DNA of 64,000 nucleotides from Alphaproteobacteria bacterium (GTDB taxonomy: Bacteria; Pseudomonadota; Alphaproteobacteria; CALKHQ01): assembly GCA_965227515.1 (NCBI GenBank), contig CBDDFZ010000001.1, forward strand, positions 2,624,001 to 2,688,000. The letters are read 5' to 3'. Within the stretch, counting starts at the first letter, position 1. Each line of letters opens with the position of its first letter. This document shows, one piece after another, positions 1 to 10,505 of the stretch. The notes under the pieces are model-generated. The model did not search any database and was not told where the DNA came from. It worked only from the letters and a program-made list of their open reading frames with translations. Made by a program: the position numbers and the translations under genes.

Positions 1-1
1 T

Positions 2-3000
2 GCCGCGCGCGGCGGCGCACAGGCGGCGGGTGCGGCGCTGCAGTACCAGCAGACCGCCTCTGGCCTCAACATCATCTCCGACACGGCCTTCGAGACCGAC
101 GGCTACACCCCGACCTCAGACGTCACCCTGTTCGACGCAGGCGCCACAGCCAATGCGTCGGCCACCGTCGACGGCGACGGTGGCGATGTCGTGGTCTGGT
201 CCGAGAACGACACCGCCTTCCATGGCGCCATCGCCGCGGCCGGCGGCGCCAATGGCGGCGATGGTGGCTTCGTTGAAATTTCTGGCGCACAGATTGTCGC
301 GCAAGGCAGCTTGGACGTGGGCGCCACAGCGGGCGATGCCGGCCGTGTGCTGATCGATCCAGTCACGCTGAATCTGTCCAGCGTCATTGGTGCGCTGAAC
401 AGCGTGCTCGGCGCAGGTGGCACCGGCGGCGCTTTCGATTTGGTGGCCGAAGAGACGATCAACGTCGATGTGGCCGTCGATACGAGCGGTTCGGCGGTTG
501 CCGGTAGCCTGAATTTCCTCGATGAGAACGCCGACGCCAATCTGACCGTCAATCTCGACAATGGCATCAATCTGGGCGCCAGTCAGACGATTTCCGGCGA
601 GGCGACGGTCGTCAATGTCAATACGACAGCCAATGGCTCGATCCAGGATGCGGTCGACATTGCCCTCAATGTCAACGGCGATCCGACGGCGACTGTGCCC
701 GTCGTGAATCTCGCGGTTGGGACATATAGTGGTGCTGGCAATGTCAATGTCATGGTCAACAAGGCCATGACGATCCAGGCGGCGGTGCTCGACGGCAATC
801 CGCTGCCGGCTACGGCTGTTGGCGCGCCGGTCCCATTTGTCCTGCAACAGGGCAATGGCATCGACGACATCGGCTTCATCGTCGCGCCGCCGCAGAACCA
901 GACGATCACCATCCAAGGTATCAATATCGATCGGATGGCCATCGGCATCACGACCGGTGGCATGCCAGCGTTGCCGCCGGGCGGTTCCGACGGGGAGTTG
1001 GCTGCGATAACGGTGCCGGAGGGGCCATATGGCCGGCTGGTCGTTAACAACAACGACTTCACCTTAATCGGCACCGCCGCGGTCATGGTCAGCGACCTGC
1101 AGCAGCTCGACATCTTCAACAATTTCATCTTCGGTTCGCAGAGTGCCGATTATGGCTTCCATGCCATGAACATCGGCCCAACCGGGCTCAACCCGATCGG
1201 CGAAGAGAATGATTTCGGGGACGACGACACCCACGAGATCAACCGCAACATCATGGCGGCCGGTGACGGCTTCATCAGTTTCTTCACCGACAGCGATAGC
1301 AACCCGTCCGAGTACAACTACAACGGCAACGGCCCGGAGATTCTGGCGCTTGGCTTCGACAAGCATGCCATCCACATGGTCAACGTGTCGGGCAAGATGG
1401 AGGTCAACGACAACCGCATCATTGGTGCTGCGGTCGGCATCCACGTGGATGGGGCCTTGATCCAGAATGGCACGACGAACTATCTGCTCGAGCAGCTCAA
1501 CATCGACCGCAACGTCATCTTGAACATCTATGAAGTGTTCGATGACGACCTGACCACGGTCGCCACGACCGAGCCCTATGAGACCACGTTCGGCGAGATC
1601 GGCATCGTCGCGCGCTATGCCGAGAACGTCTCGATCGACAACAATTTCATCTCCAACGACTTGGTGATTCCGGGTGGCGACAACGGTCTGGCGACCGCCG
1701 ACGCGGTGCCGAACGATGCCATCATCGGCGCCGACGACAATGGCTTGCCCGGACCGGTGTTCTCCGGCCCGTCGTTGCGCATCGGTATCTACGGCGAGGA
1801 GTTGATCGATCCGAACGGTGGCGACGATGTGGCTGGCGTCACAATCGACGGCAACACCATCGTCAAGGAAACGAACTTTGAGCTGGCTGGCGTCGAGGTG
1901 GCCTCGATCGAAGGCATCGGCAACCACGACGGCGGTGGCGGCTACCATGGCGGGCCGGAGACCTTCGGCATCTACCTCTACAACGGCCATGGCGACGTCT
2001 CGATCAGCCAAAACAGCCGTGCGTTCGCGACCGAGACGATCGAGGACCTGTTTATCAGCAGGGCCTCGCCCGAGGCCGATGGCATCAACAATTTCGATAT
2101 CGGCATCAACGTGTCGTTCGGCACAATCTCCGAGCCGCCGGTGATCCCGCTGATCGACAATCTGTGGGTCAACAACAACGACATCGTCAATGTCGGCCAC
2201 ACCGGCATTCGCATCTGCGATGGCCAGTTCGATTGCGGCGGCAGCCTGGACGATTGGCTGTATGACTACGAGCCGGGCTTGGGCTTCGGCGACATCTACA
2301 ATGTCACCGCCGACGGCAACGTGATCCTGAATTCCAACTTCGTCGGCCAATTCACAGGGTTCGAGTCATCCGGCGCAGAAATTGCGGCCGCGTTCTTCGC
2401 CGAGTTTGCCGGTCTCGAACGTGACATGCCGGTGAACGAGGAGTCGATGAGCTCCTCGCCCTTCCGCTATGGCATCCTGGTCAAGGGCACCGGCATGCTG
2501 GACGGCGAGGGCGGCGGTTCGTCGATCTCGGCCAGCAACAACCTGATCTTCAACCATCCCGGCCAGCAGGAATTCGACAATGTCTCGCTCGCCAGCTACG
2601 GCGGCGGCGGTCGCTGGGGCAACTCGACGGGCATCAAACTCTACGACACCATCGGCGAAAACGCGTTCCTGAACGGGAATGCCATCAACGAGGTGACGAA
2701 CGGTATCGTTATCGAGGCCGGTTTCGACTTCGGCAGCATGATGTTCCTGACCAATGGTTGGGACGACGAGAACTATGGTCCGGGCTACTACGGCCTGCTG
2801 AACGGTTGGGCGAACCAGAACTACGTCCGCGGCAACGATCACGCCATGTACCGTGGCACTGGCATCGACACGTTCAATGTCGAGAACATGTTCGTCCAGA
2901 ACAACAAGGTCGTGATCGAAGAGGTCGGCGGTTTCCCGACAATCACCAATCCGGGCGGCGTCCTGGGCTTCAACACCGGCATCAAGGTCGAGCAGACCGA

Positions 3001-6000
3001 CTGGACCAATATCGGCAACAACTTCCTGCACTACTCGAACCAGTCCATCGGCATCGGGCAGATTGGCGGTCCGCAGCTCGGCGATCCGGCCGGCTATAAG
3101 GGCATCCTCTCGCTCAACAACCGGTGGGCGCAGGTCGAAGACAACGATCTGATCGGCTACAATTTCGGCCTGGTCTTCTTCGACGAGTTCTTCGACATCC
3201 ATGATCCGTCGGAGCGGATGACCACGTACAACGCGTACAACAACGCGATCTGCTTCTACAATCCGCTGGCGTGCGACCAGTTCCTGCCGTTCTCGTTGTC
3301 GTCTCTGGCCAACCCGGAGCTCGCGACCTACAACGCGCTGACCTTTGGCGATCCGAACTTCCCGTTCACGGTCGACAGCGAGGACTTCGATCCCGAGCAC
3401 GGCTATTTCGGCGTCAGCTACGGGCTGGCGTATGAGGTCAATTTCGGCGACCTTGACGACCCGACCCAGGGTAACTTCGTGCAGGACTACGGTGTCGGCA
3501 TGGGCGGCCTGGGCGCGATGCACGCCAATTTGTACGGCAACTTCATCGACGATACCGAGGCCTATGGCATCATCCTGAAGCTGAACGACGTCAACAACGT
3601 CGTCGGCAATAACATCACCAGCGGCCTGCGTTTCGGCGAGCCGGTAACCTTCGATGTCGGCGCGGCGCTGGACGAGATCCTGGGCGGCGGCCGTCGTGGC
3701 GGCCATGATGGCGGCGGCGACCGGGCGTTCGGCGTCCAGGGCGTGATGGACAGCACCGGGCTCGGCGACTTCTCCTCGCTGTTCTTCGGCGGGGACACCC
3801 GCTTGTTCCTCTCCGAGCCGTCGGGCGTGGCGATCGACGTCGGCCTCTACGGCATCGGCTATGTGATCGACCTGCTTGAGGACGAGACCTTCACCATCGA
3901 CGGCGACCACACCGATCCGAAGGCCAACATCGCCTTCAACAAGGTGATCTGGGAAGGTCCGCTGGCGCCGGGCAACAGCGATGGCTTCACCGGGCTGGAG
4001 TTGTCGGAAATTTCCGGCATCGGCAATGGCGATGGCGGTTACGATGGCGATCCGTTCGACATCACCGTCTTCAACCCGTTCGAGGTTGGCGCGGTCATGG
4101 CGTCCGGCGGTCTTGGCCGGGTGCTGATCGAAGGCAACGACATCAACCTGAACTACTACGCCGACCATGGCATCCTGGTGAACTACAACCTGGTGCCGGA
4201 TGGGCTGGACGACCACTTCAAGGCGCTGCTCTCGGAGACGGAGAGCACCAGCGGGTTCACCTCTGACGTGGGCGGTCTTGGCGAATTCGGCTATCTGCTT
4301 GAGCTGATCCAGCTGCCGCCATTGGATGGCGGGTTCGACGATCCGGCGGTTCAGATCCTCGACAATGTGGTCGACTTCGACAACCCGATCACCATCGACT
4401 ACCCGCCGCTGTTCGGCGACGATGTCAAAGATGTCGTGGAGTTCGACGGGCTGACCGCGGGCTACGACGGCGACTATCGCAACCCGACTTATGTCGTGCG
4501 CGGCGCGCCGTCCGGCATTCGCGTCGACAACATCTGGCGCGGCGATGTGATCGTCGACAACAACGACGTCTTCATCAACCAGCCGCTACTCGGCGAATAC
4601 GACTACTTCTACGTGCCGGCCGGCTACGACGGCGACCAGTTCGTCGAGTACGAATTCGGCGCGTTCTCGGGCATCCATGTCACCAATGTCGGCATGGTCG
4701 ACCTGCGCGATCTCGCCCAGATCGTGATCGGCCTGCTGCCGGGTCTGTTCGGCGACAACGTCGGCATTCCGATCGAGTTGGCGAGCGGCGACTACGACGG
4801 CGGCTACGGCTTCCCGCTGCAGTTCCCGATCAGCCAGTCGAACCTGCGCATTTCGGACAACGATATCCGGGTGTTCAACGAGGTCTTCATCCGCGGGCGC
4901 ATGGACGAGTATCCCGAGGGGCTCACCGAGGTGTCGTTCGATAGGGAGTATTGGGGCGACTACTACCGCACCAACGGCCTGATCAACGGCATCGTGGTCG
5001 AGCACCTGACCGGTGACGTCGAGATCGGCGGACCGGGGGCTCGCGAGGGCAACGAGGTGCGCCTCGGAATCTTCGCGTACGAGATGACCGAGCCGACCGA
5101 GATCGAGGAGCGGCTCCTGGTCAATGGTGGCCGGTGGGGCGGATGGGACAACAAGCTGGGCGGTGTTGCGCTGTGGCTGCGCAACGTCGGCGGCGACGTC
5201 AACATCCACAACAACTACCTGACCGAGGCCGCCTACGGCATCGTGCTCGAGACGCTGAAAGGCGCCTATACCGAGCCGTGCATGGAAGCCTACATCTGCG
5301 AAGGCCCGCGGGACGACATCACCGATATCAGCAACTTCGGTGGCGGGTTCGGCGGTCTGTTCTCGTTCAAGGACTTCCCGCTGGCCGGCCCCACGGACGT
5401 CACGATCTTCGAGAACTTCCTCGAGGGCAACGTGCTGTTCGCGCTGAAGCACAACGTGCCGGCCGACTTCCTGCCCGACGGCACCATCAATGCCCAGGGC
5501 AACTGGTGGGGCACCATCGACGAGGCCGAGATCGCCGCCCAGATTTCCAGCGGCTACGGCGGCACCATGTCGCTGGGCAGCTACGATGGTGGCGGCAGCT
5601 ACTACGAGAAGGCCATGGTGGACTTCTCCAACTTCCTGCTGACCGGGGATGAGCTGACGATCTACATCCCGCGCGATCCGGACGAGATGGCGCCGATCGG
5701 GGCACGCGACAACATCATCGGCTTCCAGCCGGGCGATCTTGCCGATGCCGACGAGGCGCTTCTGGAGTTCATCGCCGTCGCGCTGAACCTGCAGCTTCCG
5801 GAACAGACCAATCCGGACCAGGTGCCGGGCGATCAGCAGTCGGGCCGTTCGCAGACGGACGCCACCAACGACTTCAACGAGCTGTATTCCAATCCGTTCG
5901 GGTTCCCGTTGGAGACCGACCTGGCGTCGCTGACGCCGGCGGCCGGTGCGGCGTGTTCGCTGGTGGCCTCGCCCGGTGGCGGCCTGTCGCTTGCGTGCGG

Positions 6001-6127
6001 CGCGGGTGCCGGGCTTACCGACGAGGGTTTGGAAGCGCTGCAGCCGGCAGCGGGCGACGGTGCGCCGCCGTCCAGCTTCCAGGACCTGCTGGACACCTAC
6101 TCCAACTTCTGGTCCGCGTTCCAATAG
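2..6127 (+). CDS. Giant filamentous-haemagglutinin-like (TpsA-type) / parallel beta-helix exoprotein, 5'-truncated by the window edge
   Basis: Frame is open from position 2 to TAG at 6125-6127 (>2000 aa). Contains the FHA-family motif GDGGDVVVWSENDTAFHGAIAAAGGANGGDGGFVEISG, many I/V-x-N-N-x-I beta-helix rungs and an INAQGNWWG motif; very D/G/N-rich. Confidence 0.8.
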   Translation, partial: AARGGAQAAGAALQYQQTASGLNIISDTAFETDGYTPTSDVTLFDAGATANASATVDGDGGDVVVWSENDTAFHGAIAAAGGANGGDGGFVEISGAQIVAQGSLDVGATAGDAGRVLIDPVTLNLSSVIGALNSVLGAGGTGGAFDLVAEETINVDVAVDTSGSAVAGSLNFLDENADANLTVNLDNGINLGASQTISGEATVVNVNTTANGSIQDAVDIALNVNGDPTATVPVVNLAVGTYSGAGNVNVMVNKAMTIQAAVLDGNPLPATAVGAPVPFVLQQGNGIDDIGFIVAPPQNQTITIQGINIDRMAIGITTGGMPALPPGGSDGELAAITVPEGPYGRLVVNNNDFTLIGTAAVMVSDLQQLDIFNNFIFGSQSADYGFHAMNIGPTGLNPIGEENDFGDDDTHEINRNIMAAGDGFISFFTDSDSNPSEYNYNGNGPEILALGFDKHAIHMVNVSGKMEVNDNRIIGAAVGIHVDGALIQNGTTNYLLEQLNIDRNVILNIYEVFDDDLTTVATTEPYETTFGEIGIVARYAENVSIDNNFISNDLVIPGGDNGLATADAVPNDAIIGADDNGLPGPVFSGPSLRIGIYGEELIDPNGGDDVAGVTIDGNTIVKETNFELAGVEVASIEGIGNHDGGGGYHGGPETFGIYLYNGHGDVSISQNSRAFATETIEDLFISRASPEADGINNFDIGINVSFGTISEPPVIPLIDNLWVNNNDIVNVGHTGIRICDGQFDCGGSLDDWLYDYEPGLGFGDIYNVTADGNVILNSNFVGQFTGFESSGAEIAAAFFAEFAGLERDMPVNEESMSSSPFRYGILVKGTGMLDGEGGGSSISASNNLIFNHPGQQEFDNVSLASYGGGGRWGNSTGIKLYDTIGENAFLNGNAINEVTNGIVIEAGFDFGSMMFLTNGWDDENYGPGYYGLLNGWANQNYVRGNDHAMYRGTGIDTFNVENMFVQNNKVVIEEVGGFPTITNPGGVLGFNTGIKVEQTDWTNIGNNFLHYSNQSIGIGQIGGPQLGDPAGYKGILSLNNRWAQVEDNDLIGYNFGLVFFDEFFDIHDPSERMTTYNAYNNAICFYNPLACDQFLPFSLSSLANPELATYNALTFGDPNFPFTVDSEDFDPEHGYFGVSYGLAYEVNFGDLDDPTQGNFVQDYGVGMGGLGAMHANLYGNFIDDTEAYGIILKLNDVNNVVGNNITSGLRFGEPVTFDVGAALDEILGGGRRGGHDGGGDRAFGVQGVMDSTGLGDFSSLFFGGDTRLFLSEPSGVAIDVGLYGIGYVIDLLEDETFTIDGDHTDPKANIAFNKVIWEGPLAPGNSDGFTGLELSEISGIGNGDGGYDGDPFDITVFNPFEVGAVMASGGLGRVLIEGNDINLNYYADHGILVNYNLVPDGLDDHFKALLSETESTSGFTSDVGGLGEFGYLLELIQLPPLDGGFDDPAVQILDNVVDFDNPITIDYPPLFGDDVKDVVEFDGLTAGYDGDYRNPTYVVRGAPSGIRVDNIWRGDVIVDNNDVFINQPLLGEYDYFYVPAGYDGDQFVEYEFGAFSGIHVTNVGMVDLRDLAQIVIGLLPGLFGDNVGIPIELASGDYDGGYGFPLQFPISQSNLRISDNDIRVFNEVFIRGRMDEYPEGLTEVSFDREYWGDYYRTNGLINGIVVEHLTGDVEIGGPGAREGNEVRLGIFAYEMTEPTEIEERLLVNGGRWGGWDNKLGGVALWLRNVGGDVNIHNNYLTEAAYGIVLETLKGAYTEPCMEAYICEGPRDDITDISNFGGGFGGLFSFKDFPLAGPTDVTIFENFLEGNVLFALKHNVPADFLPDGTINAQGNWWGTIDEAEIAAQISSGYGGTMSLGSYDGGGSYYEKAMVDFSNFLLTGDELTIYIPRDPDEMAPIGARDNIIGFQPGDLADADEALLEFIAVALNLQLPEQTNPDQVPGDQQSGRSQTDATNDFNELYSNPFGFPLETDLASLTPAAGAACSLVASPGGGLSLACGAGAGLTDEGLEALQPAAGDGAPPSSFQDLLDTYSNFWSAFQ

Positions 6128-6151
6128 GTCGCGGTACCGGTTCGATACAGG

Positions 6152-6190
6152 CGGCGGCCCGGGCGACTTCGCCCGGGCCGTTTGCTCTTC
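6152..6190 (+). terminator. Rho-independent terminator
   Basis: Perfect stem CGGCCCGGGCGA / TCGCCCGGGCCG (6155-6180) followed by TTTGCTCTT, ~27 nt after the exoprotein stop. Confidence 0.75.
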
Positions 6191-6275
6191 AGGCGGTACA
6201 ACACGGCCCAGGTGGTTTCCAACCCCGGCCATGCTGGGCTAGGGTCGCGTCCACCGCGTCATCATGGGCAGTGCA

Positions 6276-7271
<996 letters not shown>

Positions 7272-7296
7272 GGCGGGCGAAGGCGCGAGCGAGGCG

Positions 7297-7875
7297 TCAG
7301 GCGGCGTCGCGCGCCGTCTTTAGCGCGGTCGCCCACCACGACAGCTCATCCAGCAGGCCGTTGGCGGACGCGGCCAGGAAGTCGAAATCGGCGAGCGTCT
7401 TCTCGCCCTTCAGAATGGCCATGAAGGTCTCGCCGGCGATGTGCACAGCGGTACCCAGCGGCGCCATGTTGAAGCCGCCCAGCATGCCGCGCAGCTGCGA
7501 CACCGAGCGCGCGCCGCCCACGCCGCCATAGCCCACGAAGGCCGCCGGCTTGCGGTAGAACTCGCTGAAACTGTAGTCGATGGCGTTCTTCAGCACGCCC
7601 GGGACACCGTGGTTGTACTCCGCGGTCAGGAAGACGAAGCCATCCAGGCTGTCGAGCTTGGCGTTCCAGCGCTGTGCCGCCGGGTTCTGTGGCGGTGCCA
7701 TCGCCGGCGGCGCATCCTCGTCAAGCAGCGGCAGCGCATAGTCGCGCAGGTCGACGACCTCCACCTCCATGTCATCGCGCTTGACGGCGATGTCTTCGAA
7801 CCACGCGGCCAGCGTTGCGCTGAAGCGCTTGCCGCGCGTGGTTCCCACGATGATGCCAATTCTGGGCTTGGTCAT
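7297..7875 (-). CDS. NADPH-dependent FMN reductase
   Basis: IIVGTTR, TAEYNHGVPGVLKNAID, YGGVGGAR motifs; ATG at 7875 with GAGAGG RBS. Confidence 0.92.
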   Translation of the reverse strand: MTKPRIGIIVGTTRGKRFSATLAAWFEDIAVKRDDMEVEVVDLRDYALPLLDEDAPPAMAPPQNPAAQRWNAKLDSLDGFVFLTAEYNHGVPGVLKNAIDYSFSEFYRKPAAFVGYGGVGGARSVSQLRGMLGGFNMAPLGTAVHIAGETFMAILKGEKTLADFDFLAASANGLLDELSWWATALKTARDAA

Positions 7876-7984
7876 GTAGCGTCCTCTCATCCAGGCCTGT
7901 GGTGGTATATTCTGGTAACAAGGGATACATAGGTGACTGGCCGTTTTGTGGAAGACGGCACTTTTTGGTAACGGAGGCACCTGC

Positions 7985-8380
7985 ATGAAACCGCCTGCCC
8001 ATGTGCCCAGCGGCTGCCGCCCCATCGTCGAGATCCTGTCGCGGATCGGCGACAAGTGGTCCCTGTTGGTGGTGCGCGAACTGGGCGACCGCACCATGCG
8101 GTTCAGCGAGCTGAAGCGCGCCATCGAGGGCATCTCGCAGAAGATGCTGACATCGACGTTACGTGGCCTGGAATACGATGGTCTGGTTGAGCGCACCGTG
8201 CATCCGACGGTTCCGCCACGGGTGGAGTACGCGCTGACCCCGCTCGGCCGTGACCTGGAAGGGCCGGTGTCGGCGCTGAGCGACTGGGCGCAGCGCCACC
8301 GCGGGGAGATCGAGGCCGCACGTGAACGCTTCAAGGCCGCCGAAAGCGATGACGCGGCCGGTGCTCACCGGGCGGCCTGA
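7985..8380 (+). CDS. HxlR-family winged-helix transcriptional regulator
   Basis: IGDKWSLLVV...RFSELKRAIEGISQKMLT..LR.LE.DGLV.R.V.PTVPPRVEY.LT; divergent from the FMN reductase; GGAGG RBS. Confidence 0.93.
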   Translation: MKPPAHVPSGCRPIVEILSRIGDKWSLLVVRELGDRTMRFSELKRAIEGISQKMLTSTLRGLEYDGLVERTVHPTVPPRVEYALTPLGRDLEGPVSALSDWAQRHRGEIEAARERFKAAESDDAAGAHRAA

Positions 8381-8546
8381 ACTTCGGGACCAACCGCGCC
8401 GGGCCCGCGGGCTGCTGGCGGCCCCGCCACCGCCCTTGCATACATAAGCATCAACCATAGGTTGCCGGCAGTGAGGCGCGCCGATGGCTGCGCATGCGAT
8501 GATATGCATGCCCGCCTGCGGCGTCGCGTGATCGAAAATGCTTGAG

Positions 8547-8561
8547 GTTCGTTTAATGTTC
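8547..8561 (+). promoter_or_regulatory. Alphaproteobacterial LexA (SOS) box
   Basis: GTTC-GTTTAAT-GTTC, an exact GTTC-N7-GTTC match in an AT-rich intergenic region upstream of the DUF6456-like gene. Confidence 0.7.
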
Positions 8562-8567
8562 CCTTAA
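8553..8567. promoter_or_regulatory. CtrA full binding site
   Basis: TTAA-TGTTCCC-TTAA, an exact TTAA-N7-TTAA match overlapping the LexA box. Confidence 0.65.
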
Positions 8568-8629
8568 TAGTCCAATATTGGTGAATGGGAATCACAACCA
8601 TAAAGTGTAGTCAGCCGAGGAGAACGCCG

Positions 8630-9121
8630 ATGCGGGCAGCCAGAAAGAGCGACAGTGTCACACTCACGGCGGCACGGCACCAGCACGACACCATCGATGT
8701 GGTGCCGACCGAGGCGGCCGGCGTAACGGCGCATCGTGTGCGCACGCCGTTCGCCCTCGACCGCTATCACGCGCGCGGCGAACTGGCGCCGGGCGAACCG
8801 GTGGAAAACAACCGGCGTTATGACGCCGGGGAGCGATTGCGGGCCGACTGGACCAGGGCGGGGCTGGAGCCCGCAGTCGTGGCGCGCTATCGGGACCTGG
8901 TCTCCGGCGGCGTTTCCGGGGGTGGGGGGCTTCGACACGACGTCCACGCACACCGGATGGACGCGCACCGGGCGTGGAAAAAGGCGATCCAGAAGGTGGG
9001 ACCGATCGCCAGCAACGAGGTGATCGAGGCGTGCTGCCTGGGCAATGCCGTGCGCGGCAAGGTGCGGCTGGAGATTCTGCGCCGCGGCCTGGCGGTTCTG
9101 GCTGACCACTACGGCCTCTAG
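8630..9121 (+). CDS. DUF6456-like protein (GafA C-terminal / GafZ-like putative transcriptional activator or antiterminator)
   Basis: Motifs AGERLRADW..AGL.P, A+++VGP, ACC and C-terminal LRRGLAVLADHYGL match my recollection of the DUF6456 consensus. GAGGAG RBS at 8617-8622 before ATG 8630. Confidence 0.7.
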   Translation: MRAARKSDSVTLTAARHQHDTIDVVPTEAAGVTAHRVRTPFALDRYHARGELAPGEPVENNRRYDAGERLRADWTRAGLEPAVVARYRDLVSGGVSGGGGLRHDVHAHRMDAHRAWKKAIQKVGPIASNEVIEACCLGNAVRGKVRLEILRRGLAVLADHYGL

Positions 9122-9181
9122 GGCACACGCAAAACGAGTGCATCGGCCTGGAAGTTCAAAATTATGTTGATCTTTGTGGGT

Positions 9182-9196
9182 GTTTTTGTTATGTTC
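9182..9196 (+). promoter_or_regulatory. LexA-like box (1 mismatch) upstream of terminase genes
   Basis: GTTT-TTGTTAT-GTTC in an AT-rich spacer. Confidence 0.5.
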
Positions 9197-9347
9197 TGTT
9201 TCAGGAGATGCATGCAACGGGGTTGATCGGCAGCGAGACCGATTGACCGGGTTGCGGGCCAGGTCGGGCGGCCAATGAGCTCGTGTCTCCCACCCATGCT
9301 CAAAGATTCCATCCAATCCACCGAGCGATTGCGAGGCTTGCACAGTC

Positions 9348-9689
9348 ATGACCATGCACAAATCAGGCGCCGTGATCGACGGCGGGACGACGGCTCCAAT
9401 GAAGCGGATCAACGGCGGCGGTGCGCCGGCCTGCGCGGGCCTGGTGTTCGTGGCCGAGGACGGCACCGTCAGCCGTGCGCAGCTTGCCCAGATGCTGCTG
9501 CAGGACCGCGAGCTTGCGTACGAGGAGGGCACACCGGCTGCGGCCGTCGCCGCCACCGTGGCGCTGTATCGGATATGCGGCCCGGACACGGCCGACCCGG
9601 ATGCCGTGGTGTCCGAGCTGGAACGCCTCAGCGACGACGACCTGGCACAACGGGTGCGCGACCTCGAAGAACAACTGAAGGACGTGTGA
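9348..9689 (+). CDS. Putative small terminase subunit (short, no evident HTH)
   Basis: Directly upstream of and overlapping (GTGA) terL. Helical DRELAYEEG..AAAVAA.VAL and LSDDDL segments resemble TerS oligomerisation/C-terminal regions; 113 aa. Confidence 0.55.
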   Translation: MTMHKSGAVIDGGTTAPMKRINGGGAPACAGLVFVAEDGTVSRAQLAQMLLQDRELAYEEGTPAAAVAATVALYRICGPDTADPDAVVSELERLSDDDLAQRVRDLEEQLKDV

Positions 9690-10504
9690 GCGTGCCGGCC
9701 CGCAACGGTGCAAACGGTGCAAACGGAGCCAACGGTGCGCGCGGCAATGGCGCGGCGAAGGGCGGGGGCGTTGTTGCAACCGTCGTCACACCCAAGGCCG
9801 CGTCCCACCGCGACCTGCGCGAGCAGCTCGCCGCCGTCTTGGCGGAGCAGGTGCGCCGCAAGGCCCGCAATCGCATGGCGCACTACCGGCCCTATCCCAG
9901 GCAGCTCGAATTTCACGCCGCCGGCGCGCGGCACCGCGAGCGTTTGTTCATGGCCGGCAACCAGCTCGGCAAGACCGTGGCCGGCGCGTTCGAGGTCGCC
10001 TTCCACCTGACCGGCCGCTACCCGGACTGGTGGCCGGGCCGGCGTTTCGCGCGGCCGATCCGCGCCTGGGCGGCCGGCGTGACGGCGGAGTCCACGCGCG
10101 ACAACCCGCAACGCCTGCTGGTCGGCGCGCCGCAGCGCAAGGAGGAATGGGGCACAGGCGCCGTTCCCGGCGACAGCCTGGCCGGCACCATTACCGCGCG
10201 CAGCCTGTCCGGCGCGCTCGACAGCATCGTCGTCGCCCACGCGGCCGGGGGCAATTCGGTGCTCGCCTTCAAATCCTATGAGAAGGGGCGGGAGAAGTGG
10301 CAGGGCGAGACCCTGGATCTGGTCTGGTACGACGAGGAGCCGCCTTTGCCGATCTATATCGAGGGCCTGACCCGCACCAACGCCACCGGCGGCATGACCA
10401 TGGTGACGTTCACCCCGCTGCTCGGCATGTCGGAGGTGGTGCGCATGTTCCTGGAGGACGCGTTGGACGACACCGACCCTGCCCCGGCGGGGGCCGCGGC
10501 CTGA
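9686..10504 (+). CDS. Large terminase, N-terminal ATPase half (P22 gp2-like)
   Basis: Q-motif YPRQLEFH, Walker A AGNQLGKT, RYPDWW.GRRF, Walker B VWYDEEP, motif III TFTP. GTG start at 9686 overlaps the upstream TGA. Confidence 0.88.
   Translation: MSVPARNGANGANGANGARGNGAAKGGGVVATVVTPKAASHRDLREQLAAVLAEQVRRKARNRMAHYRPYPRQLEFHAAGARHRERLFMAGNQLGKTVAGAFEVAFHLTGRYPDWWPGRRFARPIRAWAAGVTAESTRDNPQRLLVGAPQRKEEWGTGAVPGDSLAGTITARSLSGALDSIVVAHAAGGNSVLAFKSYEKGREKWQGETLDLVWYDEEPPLPIYIEGLTRTNATGGMTMVTFTPLLGMSEVVRMFLEDALDDTDPAPAGAAA
9704..9739 (+). repeat. 9-bp tandem repeat x4 (AACGGTGCA-like) encoding (NGA)4 at the TerL N-terminus
   Basis: aacggtgca aacggtgca aacggagcc aacggtgcg. Confidence 0.8.
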
Positions 10505-10505
10505 A

